Origin: Chiloscyllium plagiosum
Lineage: Eukaryota
Reading direction: 5' to 3'
DNA length: 64,000 nucleotides
Assembly: GCF_004010195.1 (NCBI RefSeq)
Contig: NC_057717.1
Span: 69,451,573-69,515,572, forward strand
Position 1 is the first letter of the stretch. Each line of letters starts with the position of its first letter. The translations under genes were made by a program, and so were the position numbers. The notes under the pieces are model-generated. The model saw only the letters and a program-made list of their open reading frames with translations, made no database searches and was not told the origin of the DNA. Below, piece by piece: positions 1-11,371 of the stretch.

Positions 1-381
1 AGCATTGATGGGAACAGACTCCACATTGTCCAACTGAGTGGCCATCCTTTCCCTGTTTTGAAATCAATAAAATACCATTCAGATGGAAATATAAGAGGCA
101 CTGCAACTTCTTCCTTCCCTAGGGTGAAAGTGTGGACTGTAGATGGCGGAGATTTGAGTCAAGATTAGAGTGATTCGGGGAACGCAGAGCAGGTCAGGCA
201 GCATCCAATGAGCAGGCTTCACCATTCCTGATGAAAGGCTCTTGCCTAAAGCGTCGATTTTCCTGCTCCTCCGATGTTGCCTTACCTGCTGTACTTTTCC
301 AGCACCACTCTAAACTTGACTCTTTCCTTCCCTTGAAATTTTACGGCCATTTATTCACTGAACGACCTTGCAGCCTGTCCC
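1..381 (+). repeat. Direct paralog of 49134-49512 (3' flank of the - strand IgM cluster)
   Basis: Near-identical unique sequence AGCATTGATGGGAACAGACTC... through ...TTGCAGCCTGTCCC, including the same embedded palindromic element. Confidence 0.9.
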
Positions 382-1012
382 GTTGCGGGTACGTTGCGGT
401 TCGAGTCTGTTTGTATTTCATCATTCTTTACACAATATATCGACAAGTAAATAAGGGTCGAGGACACATTGAATTTGGAACTGGGGAATGTACCCGGCCA
501 GTTTTTAGATTTGAAGGTAGGTGAGCACTTTGGTGACAGTTCTCACAATTTGGTTATGTTTACTTTAGCGCTGGATGTGCATATACCGCAGGGCAGGAAT
601 TATAGCTGGGGGAAAGTCTATTATGATGTGATTAGGCAAGATTTAGGATGCATAGGATGTGGGAGGAAACTGTAGGGCATGGCACAATTGAAATGTGAAG
701 CTTATTCGAGGAACAGCCACTGCGTGTCTTTGATAAGTATATGACTGTAAGGCAGGGATGAGGCTGTCGAGTGAAGGGACCATGGTTTGCTCAAGAAGTT
801 GAATCTCTTGTCAAGAGGAAGAAGAAGGTTTATGTTAGGATGAGATGTGATGCCTCAGTTAGGGTGCTTGAGAAGTACAGGTTAACTAGGACAGACCGAG
901 ATCGAGAGCTGAGGAGATCCCAGAAGTGGACACGAGAATCCATTGGCGGATAGTATCAAGGAAAACTCGAAAGGTTTATCAGGAATAAAAGAATGGCTCT
1001 AGTAAGATTAGG

Positions 1013-1233
1013 GGAGAAAGTGAGGTCTGTAGATGCTGGAGATCAGAGCTGAAAATGTGTTGCTGGAACAGCGCAGCAGGTCAGGCAGCATCCAGGGAAC
1101 AGGAGAATCTTCAGAAGGGCTTATGCCCGAAACGTCGATTCTCCTGTTCCCTGGATGCTGCCTGACCTGCTGCGCTGTTCCAGCAACACATTTTCAGCTC
1201 TGATCTCCAGCATCTACAGACCTCACTTTCTCC
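1013..1233. mobile_element. Palindromic PLE terminal-repeat-derived mini-element with 97-bp perfect arms
   Basis: Arms 1013-1109 and 1137-1233 are reverse complements; the loop holds a partial hammerhead. Same sequence family as the 3' end of the PLE at 35451. Confidence 0.85.
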
Positions 1234-2766
1234 TCAAGGGTTCACAACGAGGTGGTGTTAGCAATTCTCGAACGTGTGAAAGTAGATAAGACCCCTGGCA
1301 CAGATGGGATTTATTCGAGGATTCTCTAGGAAGCCAAGGAGGAGATTGCAGAGCCTTTGGTTTTGGTCTTTATTTTGTTATTGTTTACAGGAATAGTGCC
1401 AGAAAGCTGGAGGATGGAAAATGTTGCTCCCTTGTTCAAGAAGGGGAGTTGAGATAACTCTAGAAATTATAGGCCAATGAGCCTTACTTTGGTTGTGTGT
1501 AAAATATTGGACAGGGTTGTAAGAGATAGGATTTATAACGATTGAGAAAAGAATATGTTAATTATGGATAGTCAACACGCTTTTGTGAAGGGTAAATCGT
1601 GCCTCACAAAACTTACTGAATTGTTTGAGAAGGTGATGAAACAGGTGGGTGAGGGTAAAGCGGTTGATGTGATGAACATGAATTTCAGTAAGGCGTTTTA
1701 TAAAGTTCCCTACGGTAGGCTATTGCACAAAATATGGAGGCATGGGATTGAGGGTGATTTAGCGGTTCAGGTCAGAACTTGGCGAGCTGAAAGAAGACTA
1801 AGAGTTGTGGTTGAATGGAAGTGTTCATCCTGGTGTTCATTAACTTTTGTTGGACCACAAGGATCTCATTCGGGGCCACTGGTGTGTGTCATTTTTACGA
1901 GTAATTGGGATGAGGGTGTAGAAGGCTGGTTTAGTGAATTTGCGAATGACATGAAGGTCGGTAGAGTTGTGGATAGTGCCAAAGGATGTTGTTGGTTCCG
2001 GGAGGACATAGATAAGCTGCAGAGCTCGGCTGACAGGTGGCAAATGGAGTTTAATGTTGAAAACTGTGAGGTGATTCACTTTGGAAGGAGTAACAGGAAT
2101 GCAGAGGACTGAGCTAGTGTTAAGTGTCTTGGTAGTGTCGATAGACAGAGAGATGTCGGTGCCCATGCACAGAAAGTTGCCATCCAGGTTGATAAAGATA
2201 TTAAGACCACCTACGTTGTTTTGGCTTTTATTAATAGAGGAATTGTGTATCGGAGCCATGAGGTCATGCTGCAGCTGTGCAAATCTCTGGTACGGCTGGT
2301 GTTGGAGTATTGCACATAGTTCCAATCGCTACATTATAGGAAGGATGTGGATGCTTTGGAAAGGGTTCACAAGATATTTACTGGGATGTTTACTGGTATG
2401 GAGAGGAGGTCATATGAAGGAAGGCTGAGGGACTTGAGGCTGTTGTCATTAGAGAGAAGAAGGTTGAGTGGAGTCTTAATTGAAACATATGAGATGATCA
2501 GAGGTTTAGATAGGGTGGACGATGAGAGCGTTTTTCCTCGGATGGTGATGGCTCGCACGATGGGACATAGCTTTAAATTCGGTCGTGATAGAAATAAGAC
2601 AGATGTCAGAGGTAGTTTATTTACTCAGAGAGTAATAGGGTTGTGGAATGCCCTGCCTGCAACAGTGCTCGACACGCCAATTTTAAGGACATTTAAATGG
2701 TCATTGGACAGACATATGGATTAAAATGGAATAGTGTCGGGCGGATTGGGCTTCAGATTAGTTTGA

Positions 2767-2973
2767 GGAGAAAGTGAGGTCTGCAGATGCTGGAGATCAG
2801 AGCTGAAAATGTGTTGCTGGAAAAGCGCAGCAGGTCAGGCAGCATCCAGGGAACAGGAGAATCGATGTTTCGGGCATAAAGATTCCTGAAGAAGGGCTTA
2901 TGCCCGAAACGTCGATTCTCCTGTTCCCTGGATGCTGTCTGACCTGCTGCGCTTTTCCAGCAACACATTTTCA
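2767..2973. mobile_element. Palindromic PLE-derived mini-element with 17-bp TSD
   Basis: GCTTCAGATTAGTTTGA at 2750-2766 and 2974-2990; internal inverted repeat. Confidence 0.88.
2880..2919 (+). ncRNA. Minimal hammerhead ribozyme motif (PLE type)
   Basis: AGATTC-CTGAAGA-A-GGGC(TTAT)GCCC-GAAA-C-GTC-GATTCT: intact core, stem II, ACGT palindromic stem III, GUC cleavage triplet. Confidence 0.7.
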
Positions 2974-4049
2974 GCTTCAGATTAGTTTGACAGGTTCACG
3001 CAAAATCGAGGACCGAAGGGCCTTTATTGCACTGCAGTGTTCAATGTTCGATTCTATATTTCTATATATGGAATGAACTGCCAGAGGAAATGTTAGAAAC
3101 AAGTACAACTAAAACATGGGGGAAGACACTTGAGCAGGTACATGGAGTGGAGAAGGTTTGAAGAGATATGCGCCAAACGCAGGCAAATGCGTTTAGGAAA
3201 CCTGGTTCACATGGACGAGATGGATTGCAGAGTCTGTTTCTGTGCTCCATGTCTCCAGTTACTGGAAGAGAAGGATACCGAGATAAGACATGCTCTAGAG
3301 ACAATCATAATTTACATAGATAGGGATGATAGTCTGGGTTGGAGTACGTTTCAAATATGTGGAGAAATAAGCGAGAGACGAGAAGGTTACAACGATGGTA
3401 ACTGTTATAGGAGTTAGAATGATTGAAGACACTGGTCGACAAAATTGCCACAGATACAATTTCAGAGAGGGAACACAGAACACAAGGATCCCAGGAAGCA
3501 TTGCCACCGTCTCTTGGTAGCGCTGCTTTCACCTGTGTTGTACTGATGCCCACTCGACAATACAGGACTGGATTGATGACGGTGTTCTCCTTTTGCTGTC
3601 TTACTACAACATACATTAAATTAGGGATGGTGATTAAGCTTGGAGTGTGTCCGTACTGTGCTCCACCTCCAGAAATGTATCTACGCCACACTTTGTTAGC
3701 CGATGATTGGAGCCCTCCTATCGATCTCTGCTCTGTTCACAGTGAGTGACCTTACCTCGCTGCAAGATTTATTGAAAGCTCCAGGCCTCCATTAACGTTT
3801 GTCCCCCTGGATAACAAACCATCTTCAATGACGTGATGGACGAGACACTCAGCAACTGTGAGATCTATGGAGGCAGGATCTTCCTGAATACATACAGGAG
3901 ACAGGGAGATAGACAGAATGGGAAATTAGACTGATGAAGTAAGGCTGACATATAGATAAGGCTGACATATAGATAGAGTACCACAGAGACCCTGATAGAG
4001 GTAAGTTTGGAAACAGATTTGTTAGGAGTTATCAGTTATCTGTAAGAAT

Positions 4050-4710
4050 AATAGGATGGTTATGGTAGGGGATTTCCAACCATTGATTGGGACTGCCAAA
4101 GTGTTAAGGGTTTAAATGGAGAGGAAATTATTAAGCATGTACTAGAAAACTTTCTGATTAACTATGTGGATGCACATATTACAGAAGGTGTAAAACTTGA
4201 CCGAATGTTGGGAAATAAGGCAGGGCAAGCGACATGGCTGTCAGTGGGGGAGCACTTTGGGGCCAGTAATCATAATATTATTAGTTTTAAAATAGTGGTG
4301 GAAAAGGGTGGACCAGATCTAAAAGTTGAAGTTCTAAACTGGAGGAAGGCTAATTATGATGATATTGGGCACACACTTTCAAAAGCTGATTGGGGCAGAT
4401 ATTCACAGGTGAAAGGATGGCTGGAAAATGGGAAGCCTTCAGAAATGAGATAACGAGAGTCCAGAGACAGCATATTCCTGTCAGGTTGGGAGGAAAGATT
4501 GGTAGGTGAAGGGAATGCTGGATGAGTAAAGAAATCGTGGATTTGGTAATAAAGCGAAGGTAGCATATGTCAGGTACAGACAAGATAGATCGAATGAATC
4601 CTTGGAAGAGAACAAAGGCAATAGGAGTACACTTAAGAAGGAAATCAGGAGGGCAAAAAGGGGGCATGAGAGAGATTTGGCAAACAGAGTTAAGGAGAAT
4701 CCAAATGCAA
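4050..4710 (+). mobile_element. CR1 fragment (endonuclease/linker region)
   Basis: LSVGEHFGASNHNIISFKIVVEK...LNWRKANYD. Confidence 0.8.
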
Positions 4711-4939
4711 AACATGAAATGTATGCGGTATGAAGCAGAGCGGGCACAGTCTCGGACGAGAAACTGAGTTCAGGTTTCAAATCAAATCAAAGATGTGTTC
4801 ATTTTATTTTGCTGGATCTCTATCAATACTTTTCACACGACTTCCAGGGGAATGAATTCGCTGGCTCAACTCTCATGCATCAACATTGGAGTTATCATAT
4901 AACCCTCTCACCCTGTTAGCAACGTGTGCAGCAATATCA

Positions 4940-5385
4940 TAGAGCCATTAGATATGGACAGCAGGGAAAACACAGACTTCAGTCCAACACGTCCATGTCC
5001 AACATATCTCCTAAACCGATTCTGCCGCGATTGCAAGCACTTGACCCATGTCTCTCTAAACCCTTGCTATTCAAATACACGTCCAGATTCCTTAAAAGTA
5101 TTGGAATTGTACCAGCCGCCAACAACTCATCTGGCAACATATTCCGGACACTCACCACCCTCGGCGTGAAGCCGTTGCCCCTCACTGCCTTTCGAATTTT
5201 CACCCTCACACACCACACCCTCCCACACCAAATATACCCTTTATTTCTGCACTGCCCCACCTGAGCGGAAGGTACTTGTCTATTTACCCTATTCATGCCC
5301 CTCATGATTGAAAATCTCTATAAGATCAGCTCCCAGCCTCTGACGCACCCGGGAAGATAGTGACAGGCTATTCAGCCTATAAATG
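4940..5385 (-). mobile_element. CR1 3' fragment
   Basis: RLGADLIEIF; VRGNGFTPRVVSVRNMLP. Confidence 0.75.
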
Positions 5386-5859
5386 TTTCCATCTTTTCCA
5401 TTTTCAAATGTAGGAAGCAGCATGCTGTCTGAAGCAATCATCTTAGCAGCTGATCTGTCGCTGACAAACGCTGCAGGAAGGCGTGATAACTTGCTGAATG
5501 TGCTGACAAGCGAAGATTGCATAAGCAACATGAGCCATTGAACAAAACGTGCAACTGAGTTCTGAGCTGTTGCTGACACCAAAGCAACTGTGTCATTCGG
5601 GAGCGAAAAGAATCCCACTGTTAGATTACAATTCAAATGCATTTGGCATCAGGGTCGTAGCAGTTGCTCAGCAGCATATCACCATGACTCCAAAGGTCTG
5701 TGAGTACCAAGGAGCACAGTGTGCGATCGTTGAAGGTACGGTTCTCCAGACGATATTTGTCAACATGACAAACTGTAGCTGGGCTGGTGGCATTGAGATT
5801 GAAATTTCATGTGTCTGGACTTTGTGGAAAATTTTAGATATCAGAGCAAATGGTTATCT

Positions 5860-6730
5860 CGAGTATGTGCGTTTGGAAAGGTAATGTGGAAGCATTGGAA
5901 AAGTTGCAGAGGGGATTTACCAGTACGTTGCCTGAGAGATTTGGGGCTGTTCTCATTGGAAAGAAGAAGGCTGAGGGGGATTTGATAGAGACATGCAAGA
6001 GGATCAGGGGGTTAGATAGGGTAGACAGTGAAAGCCTTTTTCCTACGATGATGATGTCAGTTTGTATGAGGGGACATAACTACAAATTGAAGGCTGATAA
6101 ATTTAAGATGATGTCAGATGCAGGTTCATTAAATATGGAGTAGTAAGTGCGTGGAATACCCTACCTGCCAATGTAGTTAACTCAGCCACATTAGGGAGAT
6201 TGAAACAATCTTTGGATAAGCACATGGATGATGATGGAATAGTGTAGGGAGATGAGCTGAGAATAGTTCATAGGTCGGCGCAACATTGAGGGCCGAAAGG
6301 CCTGTTCTGCGTTGCATTGTTCTATGCTCTATGTTCTGGAATAGGGCCCCTCGAATATCAACAAGGCGGCCATTGTGTGGCGTTGCTGGAGATGGAGGAA
6401 ATAATAAACGAGTGTTTTGCGTCAGTGTTTACTGTGGAATAGGACATGGAAGATATAGAATGGAGGGAAATAGACGGTCACACCTTGAAAAAGATCCATA
6501 TGAGAAGAGGAAGTGCTGGATGTCTTCACACATATAAAAGTGGATAAATCCCCAGGTCCTGATCAGGTGTACCCTAGAACTCTGTGGGAAGCTAGGGAAG
6601 TGATTGTTGTGCCCTTACTGAGATACTTGTATCATCGACAGTCGAAGGTTGGCAAACGTCGTGTCACTGTTTTAGTATGGTGTTAAGTACAAACCAGGGA
6701 ACTATAGACCAGCGGGCCTGACGTCTAAGG
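5860..6730 (+). mobile_element. CR1 3' fragment with tail (to ~6337) followed by an internal CR1 fragment
   Basis: ALEKLQRGFT...GDLIETCK; TCTATG tail; then KSPGPDQVYPR-type sequence. Confidence 0.78.
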
Positions 6731-7139
6731 CAAGAGTAAAGGAGAACAGTTCTGAAAAAATATTTTCACACTTAGAATAAACTATCGTGATGCAGCATTG
6801 GTTGGAATAGTTTCTAATCTAGGGATAGAACTCATCGTGTTTGAGTGGACAGTGTTATTGCTGTAAAATTCCAGATTCTGTGTTTTTCTTATTTCATTAT
6901 GATGTACTGAGCAATAACATTCCTTGATAATTGGCATTAAGCTTGTTATTGTAATTAAATTACTCATTGACAGAAAATTGGAAAACAGCAAAACAAAAGC
7001 TGCGAAATAGAGTCAATATGTAACATCGATCTCCCCAAGGAGCTTCCACACAGTAATAAGGCAGCATTTCGGGGAATGCATCAGCTCAGAGTTTCAAACA
7101 AGGAGCTTGCCAGTTGCCTGAAGGGACTGGTCATCTCGC

Positions 7140-7209
7140 ATGGAAGAAATGTTACAACCAATTGATCACCTGGTCTTCTACACCACCCTTGCCTTTGCTG
7201 GCATTCCTG
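7140..7209 (+). CDS. Exon 1 of GPR139/GPR142-like orphan class A GPCR (MEEMLQPIDHLVFYTTLAFAGIP)
   Basis: ATG at 7140, 23 codons plus G, then donor GTATGG at 7210. Phase 1 matches the acceptor at 8625-8626 (G+TT = Val), giving the TM1 motif ...LAFAGIP-VNLLVIVIL. Not in the ORF track because it is too short. Confidence 0.8.
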
Positions 7210-8626
7210 GTATGGCTTCATGACAATTGAATTTGTTTAAATCTGCTGCTGATATGCTCTCCGCTTTTTGCTGTTGAAGAATAACGTCTCCAGTTCACTA
7301 CTGGTTAGCCTTATCCAGACACCAGAACAGTGATAGCAATTCACTGAGCAGCATTCTTGGTGCAATTCTCCACTGACAGAGATGCCCAACTCCACTGCTG
7401 CTGCAGCATTTTCAGATGTCAGTGTTGTATCAACTGTTCCACTTTCACATGATTTGAAGTTATGCGGAGTGATCAGTCAGGTTAGTTCTGAAGAAGGGTC
7501 ACTGGACTGGAAACATTAACTCAGCTTTCTCTCATATAGATGTTGTCAGCCCCACTGTGAAATTTCTGCTTTTGTTGTACAAATGGAGACTGATTCCGCT
7601 AGAAATTTGAAGTTTAAGGGATAATCTGAGCGAAACCCTTCAAAATATTAATGGGAAAAGACAGGAAAGATTAGCTATTTCCATTTCTGGTAGATTCTAG
7701 AATGAAGGAGCACAATATGAATTTTGGGGAGAGAAAGTTAAGGAGAGATGTTAGGAAGCACTTCTCCACACAAACGATGGGAAAGGTTTGGAACTCTCTT
7801 CCGCAAACAGCAGTGGATGCTTGATCGGTTTTGAACTTTAAATCGGTTTTCATTTTTTTCTGTAAGCAAAGGAATCGAAGGATATGTCCTGCACGGTAGT
7901 TTGCAAAGCTTTATTTAACTAACATATCTTCTGGAAAATCTTTCTTCCTCACTGTCTTTGGTCAAGTAATTCCAGTCTTGAGAGATTTCCCTCCTCCTCC
8001 CTTCATGTTGAGATGCTTGTCATGTCCAGATGTGTAGATTTACAGAGTAAATATATCAGCAGTCCTAACACGCACAAATTGTCCTTAACCAGCCCGTGCA
8101 TGCTGTGGAAAGTTGTCCTGTGTGTCTTGTTTGAAACCTTGTGCAGTTTTTTGACAATCATTTTTTCCTGATCCTGTTGTGACTCTGATCAGAATTTCAT
8201 TCAGTGATAAGAGCGGGAAATAACCCAATAAAAGGAGGTTTGAGTTTGCTTTATTGACAGTCCAATCACCAGCCCTATGAGTGAGTTGGGAGTGAGTTTT
8301 CTAATGGGGTTCTCCTCCTACCAGAGTTGGAGCTGAGAACTTAAAGAGTCTACTCCAATCATTCAAATAGTTACTTGGAATTCCTTTTGCTCTCCTAGCA
8401 TGCGCTCAACTTCTGTCAAAACTCCATAATCTCTGAAACGACTGGGCTGGAGGAGCATCTGAGGTGGCTGCAAATGTCTTAGACTTCAAACCCACTCAAC
8501 ACCAACCACTTCCGCTCACATAGTGCACAGGGATTCGATGGTAAAATCATACTGCTTTTCTTTGGAACAGGCGAAGTAGTTTCTAATCAATCATTCATTG
8601 CTTCTTTTCCCATTTGTCTTCCACAG

Positions 8627-9758
8627 TTAATTTGCTGGTGATTGTTATCCTTTCCCGGGGAAATTGTGGAGTTTCTCATTCCACTACTCGTTACCTGGTG
8701 CTTATGGCAGTTGCCGATCTGATGGTCATTATCTCTGGTGTTATACTGAGGAGATTTACCTATTATTATTACCCACTCTGTTTTTTGGCCATCCCTCCTG
8801 TGTGTAGTGTTGCTAGAGTCTTAACTTTTGCTGCCACCGATTGTTCTGTCTGGTTCACCGTCACTTTCTCCTTTGACAGATTTGTAACGATTTGTTGTCA
8901 GAAGCTGAGAACAAAATATTGCACTGAGAAAACTGCGACTGTGGTTCTAACAACAACATGCACCCTGTTCTTTTTGACAAATATCCCCATCTATTTTACA
9001 ATTGAGCCTCGGTGGATTATCAATAATGTGCCATTCTACTGTAAANNNNNNNNNNNNNNNNNNNNNNNNNNNNNNNNNNNNNNNNNNNNNNNNNNNNNNN
9101 NNNNNNNNNNNNNNNNNNNNNNNNNNNNNNNNNNNNNNNNNNNNNNNNNNNNNNNNNNNNNNNNNNNNNNNNNNNNNNNNNNNNNNNNNNNNNNNNNNNN
9201 NNNNNNNNNNNNNNNNNNNNNNNNNNNNNNNNNNNNNNNNNNNNNNNNNNNNNNNNNNNNNNNNNNNNNNNNNNNNNNNNNNNNNNNNNNNNNNNNNNNN
9301 NNNNNNNNNNNNNNNNNNNNNNNNNNNNNNNNNNNNNNNNNNNNNNNNNNNNNNNNNNNNNNNNNNNNNNNNNNNNNNNNNNNNNNNNNNNNNNNNNNNN
9401 NNNNNNNNNNNNNNNNNNNNNNNNNNNNNNNNNNNNNNNNNNNNNNNNNNNNNNNNNNNNNNNNNNNNNNNNNNNNNNNNNNNNNNNNNNNNNNNNNNNN
9501 NNNNNNNNNNNNNNNNNNNNNNNNNNNNNNNNNNNNNNNNNNNNNNNNNNNNNNNNNNNNNNNNNNNNNNNNNNNNNNNNNNNNNNNNNNNNNNNNNNNN
9601 NNNNNNNNNNNNNNNNNNNNNTTGGTTTCATGTTGCGGAATCTAACTTGCTGCACAAACACATTTATTTATGTAGTAACATTGTCTAGGTTCAGAGCAAA
9701 GATCAATAACACAGTAAAGTACCTGATTACGCGAATTCCTTGTGTTATGAATAAATAA
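8627..9758 (+). CDS. Exon 2 of GPR139/GPR142-like GPCR (TM1-TM7), middle hidden by an N-gap
   Basis: Polypyrimidine tract plus CACAG acceptor; VNLLVIVILSRGNCG, TM2 MAVADL, TM3 SVWFTVTFSFDRFVTIC. After the gap a frame reads GFMLRNLTCCTNTFIYVVTLSRFRAKINNTVKYLITRIPCVMNK* (TAA 9756-9758). Intactness across 9046-9621 cannot be checked. Confidence 0.85.
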
Positions 9759-9816
9759 AACTCATCACGTAAACGCACAGGAGGGTCATTTTCTTTCCCG
9801 ACGGATAACTGAGTTT

Positions 9817-10475
9817 TAAAAGTTCGCTCATGGGATATGGGCATCGCTGGCTGGGTTAGTTTTTATTACCCTTCCCTAGTGGGAAGTTGTTTGTGAGCTG
9901 CCTTCTTGAACTGCTGCTGTGCATGTGCTATATGTCAACCCACATAATTACAAGGAAGGGTAGTCAGGGAATTCAACCCGATTTTACGAAACAAACCGTT
10001 CTATATTTGCAAATCAGGAATGTGAGAAGCTTGGAGGGGAACTTGCTGGGGTGGTGTTCCCATGTATCTATTGGCCTTGTACTTCTGGATGGAAGTGGTC
10101 AGTTGCTGTCTGAGGATTTGTGGTGAATCTCTACCGTGCACCTTATAGATATTACGCACCGCTCCTCCTGAGCATTGGTTGTGGAGGCACTCGATGCTTG
10201 TGGATGTGGTATGAAAGAAGCGGCATACTTTGTCCTGGAAGGTATCGAGCGTCTTGAATGTTTGTTGGAGCTAGACACATCCAGGCAAGTGGGAAGTGGG
10301 ATATGATTGTTTAGATTCTTTTATATGTAAATGAGAGAATTGCATTCTCAAGGTGGCGTTGGATGTGGTGTGAAAGAAGCGGCATACTTTGTCCTGGAAG
10401 GTATCGAGTGTCTTGAATGTTTGTTGGAGCTAGACCCATCCAGTCAAGTGGGAAGTATTCCATCACACTCCTGAC
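9817..10475 (-). mobile_element. 3' part of a second non-LTR retrotransposon family (same family as 48165-48640)
   Basis: Reverse-complement similarity to 48165-48640 (CCAGCGATGCCCA, TTCAAGAAGGCAGCTCAC). Confidence 0.6.
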
Positions 10476-11371
10476 AGAGTGTCTTTATACCAATGCAGGC
10501 AAAGCGATGATTTGAGAACATGCGGATTCCCTATTGTAGCACAACGCAAATGAATTGGCCAGGTAAATAGAATTTCTTTCTGGGTAATTCTTTCAGCTTA
10601 GAACCGTCTGTAACCTTCCATCAAAATAACATTATTCAGTGGGTTCTAATGAAACGAAACAGAATGGTTAAGCAGAAAATGTTTCACTATTAAATACATG
10701 ACCTCACTGTTCAGTAACAATTCAACAAACTCACACAGAGCAACATATGAACTGTTTCGACGCGTGAAGTTGCAGCATGCTATCACAAATCGTTACCAGA
10801 ACCCAACCACCAAAGGAATGATAACAAATGCCTTGGCTCCCTATTTTTTAACGTCAAGCTGGTCAGTTCCAATGGGCTACTACTCCAATGTGGTCCAGTC
10901 AGAAATTTGCTGTCCCCGGGAGCAGAGTCGAAATAGTGCAACAAAGTTCCCTCTCTGCTGGCCTTCCCACGCCATTGCATGGAGTTGGTGGCGGGTGAAA
11001 ACACTGAAGGATTCAGTCAGAGAGGAATGATTTGGAGGTGCCAGTGTTGGACAAGGGTGGACAAAGTTAAAAATCACGCAACGCCTTGTCAAAGTCCAAC
11101 AAGTTTATTTAGAAGCCCTAGCTTACAAGGCTTTGCCTCCTCATCAGGTGACTGTGGAACATAATCGTACAACACAGAATTTGCAGCAAAATGGTTACAG
11201 GGCAATGACAACTTTAGTTGTTTAAACAAGAAATCACACAACACCAGGTTATACTTCTTAAACATATTTAAATTACGCCTATCATCTATTGAAATGGGAT
11301 ACGATGGTTGAGGTTCTTTAATATGTAAATATCAGAATTGCATTCTCAAGGTGGCGTCACCTTATCTAATA

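Larger units (their letters stand above)
470..3062 (+). mobile_element. CR1 LINE, degenerate ORF2 (endonuclease end, RT) and 3' tail
   Basis: EHFGDSSHN; SQHAFVKGKSCLTKL; FSKAFYKVP; FANDMKVG; WQMEFNVENCEVIH; SLERRRL..LIETY; TCTAT-type tail. Interrupted by two palindromic elements. Confidence 0.9.

Noticed and set aside
3305-3900. Non-repeat-looking stretch with 108-128 aa ORFs
   Set aside because: No recognisable domain or convincing splice structure; it cannot be supported without a database search.
5385-5860. Unassigned stretch with 111-117 aa ORFs
   Set aside because: No recognisable motifs; possibly an old TE relic.
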